64,000 nucleotides of DNA from the human T2T-CHM13v2.0 reference genome, Homo sapiens: NCBI RefSeq assembly GCF_009914755.1, contig NC_060938.1; one strand, given 5' to 3'. A model generated the notes under the pieces. That model was given only the letters and a program-made list of their open reading frames with translations. It was not told the DNA's origin and made no database searches. Position numbers and translations under genes: made by a program. Of this stretch, positions 14,775-28,358 are shown piece after piece (positions within the stretch are counted from its first letter, which is position 1; every line of letters begins with the position of its first letter).

Positions 14775-17700
14775 TCACCTTTCTGAGTTCTTTTACTTTT
14801 TAATTTTGTATTTCTCCTAAGCCCAAAGAATGGTGTGGGTCACAACCAGAAGATGCAAAATAAATGTTTGTAGAATGTATCATTTAAATACAGCTTTCTG
14901 AGCACAGTATCATTTTCTTACATCTGACAATAAACAGAGGGACATTTATTCTATATATCATATCCCCCGAAGTTCATATTTCAGGTTCAACCATAACTAT
15001 ATAAATTTTACAGTCAAGAGGGAACTTTTTAAATAATAAATATATTACTAACACAGATGCAAGCCTGGGCAAGCTTCCTTTTGTTACATTGAAAAGTTGC
15101 AATGATAGTGAAAGCATCCATCTAGTTTAAACAGAGCCATTCTTTGTGTATGGCAAGACTGGAAGACTCCTTCCACCTTTCTCCCACACAAATGTAACCT
15201 ATATCATAATAATTAATAGGTAGGAGAATCTTTGGGGAATGTATAGTTAAATCTCTACACTTTATAGAGGAGGAAACTGAGACTTAGAGTAGAAACATTT
15301 TTTAAATTCTACACATTCATTTGTATTTTCTATTTTCTATTTATTTGTATTCACTTATACTTCTAATGCACTTGAAATACTTCCTGTATATATACCAAAG
15401 CCTTAGCAAAAAAAGAAGCTGCATTTTAAATATTATCTATATTGCCATTTCCCCACAATAATAATGCTGTGCTCAGCATGCGAGCCTGCATAACAGAGTA
15501 GATTTACTACTTTTAACAGCAATAAACTACAAGTTTATGCTCTTTATTTGGATTATTTATGTAATACTCTGATGGCTGAAATATAGATTTATGTTGAAAT
15601 CTGTGAGTTAGTTTAGTGGTTGTTTTAATAGGATTTTTTGCTGTTTTTCCAATGAGAAGATGAGCGGGGAGCAGAGCAGGTGACAGAGGTAAGAACCCTA
15701 TATTGGCACAGAAATAAACCTAGACTTTACTTTTTAAATATACAATGTTTAGGGACCCTTAAAGAATTGTTGGATCTAACCCAACATCTTTATTTCGAGG
15801 ACTGTGTTAACATACAATTTTCTGAATAAAACACTTTTTCTCTATGAACTTCATGATTTGGGCACAAATGTTAGTTACTCTTAACGTTTCTTTATAGTGG
15901 TGCACTTGATGTAAAGGACTAAAACACAGTCCTATAAAGTATTAAAAGCAAAGTGTTTAAACACGGATGCCTCACATTTCCTAGAACTGTCGAATTTAAT
16001 AAGGTTTAATAAATCCCTTTATTAATGAGCAATTTTTATTTTTGTAGAATATATCTCAATTTTATTTCTAGATACAAAAGTTCATTTGTTAAATTAAATT
16101 ATGTTATATAATTAATCATAAGTGCCTAGATGAGTAAACTTCAAAGTACTGAGTATTTGGTTAAAATTACCTATATAATAAATATTAAAAATAGGCAATA
16201 CATCCTTATTATTCCATTGTTTTCTTGACTCTACACAAATGTGATATTAGTCATTCTGTTATTTTATTTTTGACAGTCTTTGAACTTTTATTTGGATTGT
16301 TTTCGTATAGAGAACAAAATAACTTAACAGTGAGGGTGCAGAATGTCAACCTTAATGATGGTTGTTTTTCACAGCCAGTTATAACATGTCTCCAGAAAAT
16401 ATTTCTCTTCTAAAGCAGAAACAAACATTTATATAAAAAAAGAGACCTTGTAAAGTATAGAAGTGATGACATATTAATGCGTGTCAGTAACAATACATAC
16501 TATTTTTTTCTTTTTTATAAATATCAGTTAATAATAATATGAAAGCATTTGGAGGTTAAGTTGCAAAATCAAGAAAATAAGCCTGTAGTGAAAAAAGGAC
16601 ACTAATAGATAATATTATCCTATAAGAAGTATATAAATGAAATTCCTATTGATTTCCCATGCAATACAGACAGCAGGGCTAAAAGAATTAGTCAAGAAAT
16701 GTACTCATCTTATGTAAAAAGTGGCATTCAATATCTCCTATTAACATATGAAGAGGAAGAAGTTATCATTGCTTATTGGAAGTGCTGATAAATATATGTA
16801 TATGTGCTTATTACTCTAAATTAAAATGTGAAGTTTTGCCATGAAATAACAAAAGCTAAAAATTACATTATTTCTATTGAAATAGATTATTTCTACATTC
16901 AGTAAGTAGTATTGTAAAAGATGCAATGGTTAATCCCTCTGCTTATATGAGAGCTCTGTAAATTTTTACATACTCACTTGGAACCCTTGCAAAACGCCAA
17001 TAATCAAACTGCTCATATGTATCACCATAAGCAAATAATTTATTTAGTTTTAAGGAGATTCATAAACAGGTGTAATAAGATGTGATTAAAACGAGATTTA
17101 GTGTTATGTGCCGTATAAATCAGTTGCTCTGACTTTCACAGTCTGATTACAGGGGTCTACGTGAAGCAGTTAAAGCCTGAGAGAGAACCTCCAAGCCTGA
17201 GGGATCGTTTACACATTTTCTTAGCTACCCAATATCCTGTCCGAGTTTCTAAAAAGTTCTTACCAACTTAAGTTAATCCATATAACACATTCAACTTAAT
17301 AAACAGATTATCTCTGTAATCTGTGTAACCTATTTCAACTTTTAAACTACTGAACTGTGAAGTTTATTGATGAGACATTTCACTCTATGAACTGCACATG
17401 CACGCATGCTTTTACAATGAGGGTGGCTATAGGACTCATCTTTAAATTGAGAAAATTAGTAAAAGTCACAAAAGCATTCTCATGGAAAATTTATAGTTAT
17501 AAAACATTTTAAGTTAAGATAGCTCCAAATATTTTTGTTCTTACTTTTATAAAAAAGAAAAGAAACTATTTGGTGACATGGCAATAATAGATATTGAATG
17601 AATGTTTTAATGAGCACATACAAGACCTGGGCCTAAAATAGTTATCAGAAAGAGAATATAAAATATTTATGTATGATATACTTGAAGAATAAAAGAATCA

Positions 17701-18239
17701 TTGAATGAGCATGTCACAAGAAACTATATATATGATTAGTTATTTCGAGAAAACACAGTTTTGAAAGAAAATATATTTGTTAAAATATAAAAACCAACAG
17801 AATGCAGTGGATGAGTTGAACAATAAACTAGACGGAGTTGAACAGAGAATTAGTGTATTGGGAACTGGGTCAAAAGTAACTACCAAGAATGCCTCAAAAA
17901 TAGAAGCAGTTGGATTTTATAAAAGTGAAGTCAAAATATGTTGAAAAATTCTTATATATTTATTTAATCAAAATATCTAAAGAATAAAATGGAAATGAAT
18001 GAGAGGTAATATATGAAGAGATAACTGAATTTTTAAAAACTGAAGAAAGTAATAAACTTATTGATATAAGAAGTACAATATATACCATGTAGGATAAATT
18101 AAGACCTAAACAGGTTTTACTAAAGGGGAAGAATACCAGATCAGAAGAGAATGTATTTAAAATATCCCTACCCCAAAGAAGAAAATATGAATCTGATGCT
18201 GATGTCTCAACAAAAGCAATAAGAGATCTTAACAAAGCA

Positions 18240-18390
18240 GACTCTATAGTTGATACACCACAGATAAATTTCATGTCTGTCATTTACTATATCTGTGACT
18301 ATGAAGAAGTTTGTTAAATTTTGTATGCATCCATTTTCTTAACAGTATAATGAGGGTAATAATAACTCAGACTTAAGTTAGAGATTGAAT
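18240..18390 (+). mobile_element. MIR fragment
   Basis: tctgtcatttactatatctgtgactatgaagaagtttgttaa...ttttcttaacagtataatgagggtaataata. Confidence 0.6.
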
Positions 18391-19863
18391 TGTTTCTCCA
18401 TATTCTCATTCCTTGTCTTACAAAAAAAAAAAAAAAAGGTTAGTGATCATGTAGGCACAGAACATCAATTATAGTTTACCAGCTTTATAAAAATGCCTGG
18501 TAGATTGTAAATATAGAATGGCTTTTCAATAATTATAATTTAAATATTAGTAAAAAAAATGCTTCATGAATTGATTGTATATATAGCATATTTTATCCAA
18601 AAAGTAGAATAATTTTAAAAAACATAATCACAAAATTCCTGACTTCAAAAGAGGTATTTAAGAAGGTGAATTATCTGAAATTTAAAAAAGGAAGGGAGAA
18701 TAATAAGGCAAGTGAAATTCAAGAAAAACACTTAAGCAAAAACAAAGAGAAATTTATTTGTGAAATATGTAGGAGATATTGTACAAAAAAAAGAATAACA
18801 ACAATGATAATTTTGCTTAATGGGGAAGTAGAAAAATTAAAGCATGCTATTCTGGATACAAATAGCATTGCATGTGGAAGGAGTAATATTTTGAATTATT
18901 TTTCTCCTAAGCTTTTTAGAATATTCATCATGAGAAGCAAGATATTATATTTAGCCATTAATTTTATTGATCTAGGTAAAAAGAATAATCTCTGAAGATA
19001 AGAGAAAAAGTATAAACATTTTATACTAGTAGATAAAATAATATAGTGTACTAAATAAATAAAAAAAAGAATTAATTTTCAAAGTAAAAGAAATATAGTA
19101 GTATATAAATACGGAATAAGTAGAAACACAAAATAGCATTCTTGAAAAATAAAAATATGGTGTAAGCAAATAATAAATAAAAGCATTAAATTCATTTTTA
19201 AATATAGTAATTGTCAGGTTAAATTAAAAAATGGAATTGAGAATTCGTTTATGAATGATACTTCTAAAACAGAAGCAAAGGTTTCAAGTAAATGACCAGT
19301 TAAAGCATATACTGAAACATATTAACAAACGTAAATAGAGAGTAGGTAGGCTCGTATAAACCAAAATAGTCTTTTGAGACATAAATTATCAGGGAGAGAA
19401 TAAGTTTCTACATGGTACAGATTTTAAATAACTGAAAAGGATTTTATGCCCAAACATATGTAAAACAAAACTTAGAAGACACATGGGAAAAATAGGAAAA
19501 TTTACCACCTTGGTAATTTGTTGATGGGAGATATCGAAAAATATCTCTCCATACACATAATTAATGCAAAGAAAATATATAGTAAAAATACAGTAAATGT
19601 AAAACAAATTTAAGAGAGAGAATTATTGAACATGAATAAAACCTTATACCAAGCAATTGTGGCCAAGGCACTTGGGTAAAAAAATAGCCAACGCAATTGT
19701 TCCTAAATTATCCCAGACATTGCAGTTATTGACAAATTCTTCAAGACAGATAAATTAAATATATTCAAATAACCAAACGAAACCATGTCCAAATAAAGTA
19801 TGAAAATAGTGTCTCACCAAAGAAAGACTATCAATCTAACAAAAAACATCTACCGGAGGGACT

Positions 19864-20452
19864 TGTTTTAGGATTCTTTAGAGAAACAGGCCAGTAGTAA
19901 ATAGATTGTGTGTGTGTGTGTGTGTGTGCGTGTGTGTGGGTGCGAGTCTGTGTGTGGTTGCAAGTGTATGTGTAGGGAGACATACGCACACACACACAGA
20001 GAGACAGAGAGAAAGAGAGAGAGAGAGAAAAGATACTGGCTCCTGTGATTATGAAAGCCAAGGAGTCCCACGATCTCACATTTGCAAGCTGAAGGCCCAG
20101 AGAAGCCAGAATTTTAGTTCAAAGCTCTGAGAGCTAGAGAGCCAATGGTATAGATTTCAATCTATATCTGAAGGCCTGCGTGCTAGAAGCTGTAAGGACA
20201 GAAAAAGATTGATGTCCCACCTTTCCTAGTTGCAGAAAGGGAATCCAAGCTCCCTCTGCCTTTTTATTCTATTCGGGTTCTCAAAGATTTTAAGATGCTC
20301 ACACACTTTGGGAAGGGCCGTATTCTTTATTCGGTCAACGAATGCTAATCTACTCTTGAAACATCCTCACTGACACACCCCAAAATAATGCTTAAATGAA
20401 TATCTAGGCATTCCATGGCCCGATCAACGTGATACATAAAATTCACCAGCAC
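19864..20452 (-). mobile_element. MLT2 (ERVL) LTR with internal (TG)n/(CA)n/(GA)n
   Basis: ggattctttagagaaacaggccagtag...aatgctaatctactcttgaaacatcctcactgacacacccc...cataaaattcaccagcaca. Confidence 0.88.
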
Positions 20453-21550
20453 AAGGCTCCAAAACATATTTGAACTGTCACCAAAATGAATCAGCAAATT
20501 TGAAGATAGATCAATTGAGATTATCCAGTCTGTGGAACAGAAAGAAAAGGAATGAAGATAAATGAACAAAGCTTCCAAGATCCTTAGATAAGACAATGTT
20601 TTCTTAGACATGGTAGCAAAAACACAAGCAACAAAATAAAATAACTGAGATAACTGAGACTTCATTTAAATTAAATATATATGTGATTCAACAGATAGTA
20701 TCAACAAAGTAAAAAGACAACCCACAGGCCATGAACAAATATTAACAAATCATATATATATATGTGTGTGTGTATATATATATATATATCCTACAAGTAT
20801 ATATTTATATCTTATATTATAATAACATAAATATTTATATACAAATAAATATAAAGTCTAGCATCTAGAATATTGAAAAGATACTGCAACTCAACAATAA
20901 AAACACAGTGACCCAATGAAGAAATAGAGAAATAATTTGGATAGATATTTAACTTTAGAAAATATGTAAATGACCAATAAGCATTTTAAAAGATGCTCAA
21001 TGTTTGATTCATTCTTACTATTTTTTGGTACCCACTAACCATCCTAATGTCATTAGTCATTAGAGAAATGAAAATCAAAATCAAAATAAGATGCCACATC
21101 ATACATGCTCTCATGGCTGTAATCATACAGGCATATTCACTAGTTTTGGTGAGGATGTGGCAAAATTGATACCCTTGTACATTGCTGGAGGAAACATAAA
21201 ATGTCATCATCACGTCGGAAAAGAGCCTGGAAGTTATACAAAAAGTTGGAAATATAGTTATCATGAAAGTTAAAGAAGCCAGACAGAAAAGGTCATATAT
21301 CGGATGAATTTATATGAAATGTCCCAATACACAATTCATAGAAAGAGAAAATAGACTACTAGTTGCCAGTGAGGGTGGGTAGGGAGGAATGAGGAATTAC
21401 TACTGATGAATATAGGGCTTCTCATTGAGGTAGAATATGTTCTGGAATCAGATAGTGTTGCTGGTTGTACAACTGTAAGGATACAATAATCAGTGCTGCA
21501 TTTCACAATTTAAATTATGACTTCTTATATGCAAATTACATTTCAAAAAT
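20453..21550 (+). mobile_element. L1MB-like element: ORF1 piece joined to ORF2 3' part and 3'UTR
   Basis: aatcagcaaatttgaagatagatcaattgagattatccagtctg (ORF1); aaagtaaaaagacaacccacag (ORF2); gttctggaatcagatagtgttgctggttgtacaac (L1MB 3'UTR). Confidence 0.75.
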
Positions 21551-23015
21551 TCATTTCTTAAAGGTCATCAAGCAATCTCTGCTAATATCAACAATTCTAT
21601 TGTACACATAATTTTAGGAAATAATCAGTTGGTATAAGAAGTTGAAATGAAAATGGTTATAATTTTATCCATATATTTTGGGATGGAAAATGCATCTAAA
21701 TAACTAACGAATCAATTAAAGCATCATAATATAAAGTTTAAAATACTACTTAGCACCAATGATATTAGAATTGCTATTTATCAATATTTATGCTACTATA
21801 TATAAATCCCATAATTATGTATTCATACATAGCAGCATATCTGAACATTAATTTGCTCTGCATTTATCTTTATAATTTGTAAAATAGTGCAAGAGTTTAA
21901 ATACAAAGAAAATAGAAAGATGTAAAAAGAATCACAGAAATAATTACTAAAGTAGAAAATCACACATAATAGAAAAAAACACAATAAGCAAAAAATGTTT
22001 CTACATAAAAACTAATAAAATAGTCAATCATCTGGCAAGACACATCAATAATAAAATATAAATTATATAAATAAATGAGATTGACAAATGAGAGAGATCT
22101 TGAAGAAACTAAAAATGGCTCAGAAAATATAAAACAAGCTTAGGATAAAAACCAAAATTAGGCAAAACACATTCCCAGAAAAATATAACCTAGTAAAATT
22201 GATATAGAAAGTTATAGAAATTATTTAAGGTGTCAAATCATAGTTTAAAAAATATCTTCACAAAATATTAGTGCCAGATGTACTTAGGTCATATTTACCA
22301 AATTTTCAAAGATCAAGTGGTATAAATCTCTTCCAGGGAATTACTTTAAAGGACAACAGTTTTCCCAACACTTTCTCTAAGGCCAGCAGAACTTGATACC
22401 AATACCAGTAAGGATAGTACAGCAAGGAAGAATCCCCAGTTCATCTCATTCAATATAATTGGTGCAAAAATATTAAAACAAATATTAGCACACCACATAC
22501 ATACTTTTCTATGCCTAGAGATATATAGATGAGAGCTTGATGGTGATGAGCAGTTAGTTAGACAAAGATGGATTGAGGAATACGACATATCATGGTGAAG
22601 TTGAGTTTTCCATAGAATGTAACTAAGTATAGATGCAGAAAAAGATGACATAAAATTTAAGGGCAACACATGATTTTTATAAAAAGAAAAGAAAGTAAAT
22701 GGATTAGAAGTTAAACTAATCAGTTGGGGAAAATTATTTTAACAAGATATGTAAATCTAATGACATTAAAAATATTTTCTTTAAAAATCAAGAATAATGT
22801 TATTCACTCTCACTGCTTGGAGAGAAAAAAAACCACCTTTAATAATTAACAGGCAATATAATTGTCCATATAGAAAAAAAAAAACCTGAAGAATCCATAG
22901 AGAAAAAATCAAGAAATAATAAACTTCAGAATGCATTCAATTCTAAAGTACACTAAAAAGCAATCCCATATGTATATGTACTATGCAAATATAAAAATTA
23001 TGAGAATCAAACATA

Positions 23016-23327
23016 GGCCAGGCACAGTGGCTCATGCCTGTAATCCCAGCACTTTGGGAGGCCGAGGTGGGCAGATCACTTGAAGTCAGAAGTTCGAGAC
23101 CAGCCTAACCAACATGGTGAAACCCGTCTCCATTAAAAATACAAAAATTAGCTGGGCATGGTGTGTGCCTGTAATCCCAGCTATTCAGGAAGCTGAGGCC
23201 AGAGAATCGCTTGAATTCAGGAGGCAGAGGTTACAATGAGCCAAGATCGCACCACTGCACTCCAACCTTGGTGACAGCAGGACAACTCTCTCTCTCTCAA
23301 AAAAAAAAAACAAAAAAAACCAAACAC
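23016..23327 (+). mobile_element. AluS (Sx/Sz-like)
   Basis: ggccaggcacagtggctcatgcctgtaatccc...; TSD caaacata on both sides. Confidence 0.95.
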
Positions 23328-24299
23328 CAAACATAACTAAAAATCAACACTATGTCATTTATGAGAAGAACAAAAATACATCATGGACCTAGAAAAAATG
23401 TAATAAAATAAGTACAAATATATGTCAAACTATATTTTCTCATAAGTTATTAGAGAAGATGTAAATAGTTATGGAAACATAAAATGCTTATGGAAAAAAA
23501 GTTTTCCCTTAAAGAGTCAACTTTAATACAATAACAATACAAATTCCACATAGTTTTGATGAAAAAGTGTTATAAACAAATTCTAATTATTATGTGGAAA
23601 ATAAGTGTCTAAAAATAGTAAAGACACCTCAACACAAAAATATAAAGATGGGATTATTCACATACAATATATTTTATTAAAAATTTTTACATAATTAAGG
23701 ATATATATTGGTGCAAATTATATTGTTCAATTAAGTAGAATTAAGATTTCTAAAACACAACAGCAAATACTTAGAGCTCATATAACAGGAGGCTTTGAAT
23801 ATTTCTCAGAAAATGATAGACTATTGAACAAATGATATTGAAAAAATGTTTTATTCATATGAACAAACCCAGTAGAATTGGTTTCTATATAGTGTTGTAC
23901 TGAGAACCACTTGAAGAGACACCTTTAAAAATTTTAGAAGAATATATGAAGAAAAATCTAAGTATTTAGAATAGAAAATAATCTCTTTAAAATTAAATAG
24001 AACTCATCATAAAAAATGGAATTATTTAATTATATGTCTGAAACTCCTTTCGGAAGTAGAGAATTGACATATCTATAACACATCAATTCTATTTCCAAGA
24101 ATACACTTCACATTGAGAAACTGTTTCACATTTTTACTGGGGAAGATGTTTGATTATGCTTATAGGAGCATTGTTTTGTTTTAGTAGCAGAAATCTGGAA
24201 ACAAACCAAACAATGATTGGAAAATTGATGAATAAACTGAGATATATTCATGCAGTAGAATATATACTTTTTTCCTTATATCTTTTTGGCCGTGTACTC

Positions 24300-24379
24300 T
24301 TTTTATTTATTTATTTATTTTTATTTTATTTTATTTTTTTGAGATGAGAGTCCTGCTCTGTCACCATGCTGGAGTACAC
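24300..24379 (-). mobile_element. Alu 3' fragment
   Basis: (TTTTA)n followed by gagatgagagtcctgctctgtcaccatgctggagtac. Confidence 0.75.
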
Positions 24380-26865
24380 AATATGTCTCTTTTCTACTCT
24401 GCTTCTATCTGAACAATTAGGTTCATCTTCTACTTATTACACACTTCAATTCTTTTGTAGAAGCCTTGAAAGAGAGTAATTACCTACCTAGCATTATATA
24501 TTTCATCTGGTTTATATACATAATCATTTATATCACAAAGCAAAATATTTTCATTTATTTATCAATCTATAAGTAATACCATATGTGGTCAGGGAAGAAA
24601 TTCACGCTTCTCATCATAGCTGTGGACAATTATAGTTCCAAAGTTGAAGATAAGTCTGCTGTCTGAGTTCAACAGCTACTTTCTGAAGAGAGAAAGTAAA
24701 TGCTTACGATAAATTAACGCGGAGCCATTGTCACTTGAAGTTGGCTTTTTAGAAGTATAAAAAGAGCCAGAAGCCTTTCTGTATGCTTTTCACTATTCTA
24801 CTAATTTAGGGGTTTCTGTATTTCATTTCCTTAGAACTTGACACTAGGTATCCGTGCATTTCTGACATAACTATTTAAGGGGCCACAAGAATAATATAAA
24901 TAATGTAAATGGCTCAGCTATTCAGAAACTTAGAAAAACATCTAGCAAATGATAGACTAAATTTTCCTTGGATAGCTCCAAGCTGCATATTGAAACATTA
25001 AAAATCGTTTCTTTCAGGAGCTTCAATTTAAGAGTATTCCATAGAAATATCAAATGCTGCAATTTTAGATGTTTTGCAAAGTGATTCAAACATAAATTAG
25101 ATGCTAGAAAGAAACTGGTTTTTTTTTCCTGTGGGTGCACATTATTCACACATAAGAATTTCAATTCTGAATATTCTTAAATAGAAGTAAAATGTTAACC
25201 TTATACTGTGAACAAATTAAAAGCTTGACAGCCTTTATGCTATTTCCTCTTGTGGGTTTCCCAGTATGCCTTCTACCATTCAGTGTCCATGGGAATGTTT
25301 GATCAGTAGACACCTCTATCCATAAGCAAAACCCTAATCCAGCGGCTTTGTGCTAGTTTTATGTCTTGAAATATTTTCTTAGTTAATGTAGTGATTATTA
25401 ACTTTAATATTGGCTTTTATTTTTAAAATATATGATGAAAAATAAACAAAAAATACAACTCTGTTTTGTGCTTGGGGGAGGACATCCATTTGTCACGTTT
25501 GCTTAGATTTTTATAGGTTTCAGTAAAAATTGGCCCCTTTTATAGCCATTGTCATAATTCTAAGAAAAATAATTATTTTAACGTTTTTAAAATCTGGCCC
25601 CAAACTGCAGAATTTTCAAAAATAATAGTGATTCATCAAAATAACACATTTTCCTGGTATTGCAATATCATGCATGTCCTATCGAAATTTAATCAATAAG
25701 CCTCATTGATCAAAACCCGTTAAGTGGAACTGTGCGCTCTTCTGAGCCTCCTTGAGCCTCTTGCTCATGAGTCTTTCTGACCACAACACTGGATATATCC
25801 TGGAAAGGATTTACACTCTGATTTCTTCACACGGAGCTTCCATTTGCATGTCTATTTTGTACCATGAAATGATCAACCCTTTTAGAAAACCTTAGTGATC
25901 TGATTTGAAAACTCTTATCCTTAAACAAAATCTATCTTGTTACTAACAGTAGTATTATTATTTGTCATCCTTGTCATTTTGTGTTGTGGGAGATTGAGTG
26001 TCTATAGGGAGACCATATAGCCCTAATAAGTCCGTCCTTATACTGGTCTCAAAGAATGGGTATGGGTAATTTTGTAAGAGTAATAATTTTAGAATCAACC
26101 TTTCCTCGGGTCATCTTTTCAAAGTCATATGCCTTCCCCTAGTAGTTTCCTGGTTTTCCTGAAAAGTGCTTTAAAAAATTTATCATCTACTTGGAGCCAT
26201 GACATTTTTTGATCCCCCAGTTGATGACCAATAGTTTTTGACCAGGTTCTAGAGATAAGAAGTTGCACAGGCATTGCCCTTACAAACTGATAAAGCTTTT
26301 ATGGGTTATTGTCAGTTCATTTAGCATTTCAGGCCATATACCTCCTTCCTTCATATAAAAACTAAGGATAATTTGAAATTGCAATAATGGCTTTGGGAAC
26401 TTTTGCCATGCAAAATATTTGAGTCAAATTAGGAAAAAAAAGGAAGAAATTATTTTGAGAATATTCTCCTCTATCTTCTGCATTTAAATGAAGGGTCACC
26501 TGGAATTAATAAATGAGGGCTTTTAATCATACAATTGAATTTCAACACGATAAAATTACTAAAGGTTGAAGTTATTGTTGAAATAAAGTACAGTGTATCT
26601 GTCTGTCTCTCTCGTTTGTGTGTGTGTATGCTTGTGTTGAAATCTATTCTTTTACATATAATCTATCTCCTTTTACTATAGAGCAACTATAATTAGCCCT
26701 TATTTAATAGTAATTTTACACCTGACTGAAGTTGTTATTATATCAGTTCTCTTCTTTGCCTTCCCCACTCTATATCTATTTACCTTCACCAGAGAAACCA
26801 TGGAGATTATGATGCAGGAAAGGCGAACCCCACAATTAGGGGTTATCTAGGAAGGTTTTCGGCTT

Positions 26866-27544
26866 TGTTAGAGCAGGCAGATAGCCAGAAATAAGCAGGC
26901 AAGGGAGCTCCCTGGGAAAAGAAGTCCAGGAGATGCTGCCCACTGATATTCAGCACTGACCACTGAAAATCACCAAAAAGGACAATGCCTGCATTGGCTA
27001 CATATGGCCTTGTGGTTAGGCTCCTCTTGTCCTGAAGGGGACTTATCAGGCCCTATCCAGAGATAACCATGGTAGGGATTTTCCCCACTAACAAGCATGT
27101 GCACTTCTCCAAAAGCTCACCCTTTGGTAGAGATTTAAGATGCTAATAAGACATGCATTGTGTGTACTAGCATGTAGAACCTGAGCACAGAGCCTGAGCA
27201 CCCCTAAAGACCTCCCAAAAACATGCTTTCAAGTAACTCCCCCTTCTCATAGAGTCCCCAGCACTAGCTGCTGCTGGCTTATTCTTTTGAGCAGCCCACT
27301 CTGCCTCATCTTTCAGATTCTCCTGTCCATTTAAATAAACACTGCTACTACTATTTTTCCAGCTGGACCATCCTACAGCTGTTTTCTAGACAGACCAGCC
27401 CAGAGCTGTTTGTCACACCTCTCTAGAAATGTACTTTATCTTCCTTCAATAAACTCTTCTACTTAACCCTTGTTATGCCTCTCTTGGATGAATTCTTTCT
27501 TCCAAGTTAGACAACACTGATGATTCTGGCAATTCCTGGTAACG
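26866..27544 (+). mobile_element. ERV1 MER4-group solo LTR (MER50/MER73-like)
   Basis: Starts tgttagagcaggcagatagccag, contains aataaa signals, ends ggtaac(g); 4-bp TSD gctt at 26862-26865 and 27545-27548. Confidence 0.8.
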
Positions 27545-27657
27545 GCTTCACCCAGGAAAAAATTCAAGGGTGAGCTGGTGATGTTAGATAGCAATATTTA
27601 TTGAACAGTACTGCTCCTTCCTAAGGAGAGCTAACTCATAGGCAGGGCACCCAGAGT

Positions 27658-27800
27658 CTACAACATATGGGCTGACTACAACATGGTTTTACAACATATT
27701 ACAACACACAGGCTGATTACAACATATTATTATAACATACTGTAACATATGAGCTGACTATAACATATGAGCTGACAACAACATATGTAGCTACAACATA
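27658..27800. repeat. Degenerate minisatellite with core (ctacaacatatgagctga)
   Basis: About 10 recurrences of acaacat/ataacat with gctga spacers. Confidence 0.8.
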
Positions 27801-27887
27801 ATATAGTCACTTATGCCTACTATTAATTACATGCATATTAAAGGGCAGGTTAATGCAAATTGAGGGTTGGGTTATTTAGAACTTTCT

Positions 27888-28358
27888 TATATATATATAT
27901 TTTTTTATTATACTTTAAGTTCTAGGGTACATGTGCACAATGTGCAGGTTTGTTACTTATGTATACATGTGCCATGTTGGTGTGCTGCACCCATTAACTC
28001 ATCATTTACATTAGGTATATCTCCTAATGCTATCCCCCCACCTCCCCCCACCCCACAACAGGCCCTGGTGTGTGATGTTCCCCTTCTTGTGTCCATGTGT
28101 TCTCATTGTTCAATTCCCACCTATGAATGAGAACATGCGGTGTTTGGTTTTTTTGTCCTTGCGATAGTTTGCTCAGAATGATGGTTTCCAGCTTTATCCA
28201 TGTCCCTACAAAGGACATGAACTCATCCTTTTTTGTGGCTGCATAGTATTCCATGGTGTATATGTGCCACATTTTCTTAATCCAGTCTATCATTGATGGA
28301 CACTTGGGTTGGTTCCAAGTCTTTGCTATTGTGAATAGTGCCGCAGTAAACATACGTG
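27888..28358 (-). mobile_element. L1PA3-5-like 3' end, 5'-truncated
   Basis: ttattatactttaagttctagggtacatgtgcacaatgtgcagg...; ORF 28030..28353 MFTAALFTIAKTWNQPKCPSMIDWIKKMWHIYTMEYY is the ORF2 C-terminus. Confidence 0.95.

Larger units (their letters stand above)
17640..24270 (+). mobile_element. Highly decayed ancient L1M (L1ME-like) spanning ORF1 to the ORF2 3' end, interrupted by MIR, MLT2, L1MB and Alu
   Basis: Strong A skew. ORF1-like gtggatgagttgaacaataaactagacggagttgaacagagaattagtg; ORF2-like ggtgcaaaaatattaaaacaaatattagca and gatgcagaaaaag; terminal aataaactgagatatattcatgcagtagaata. Confidence 0.6.
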
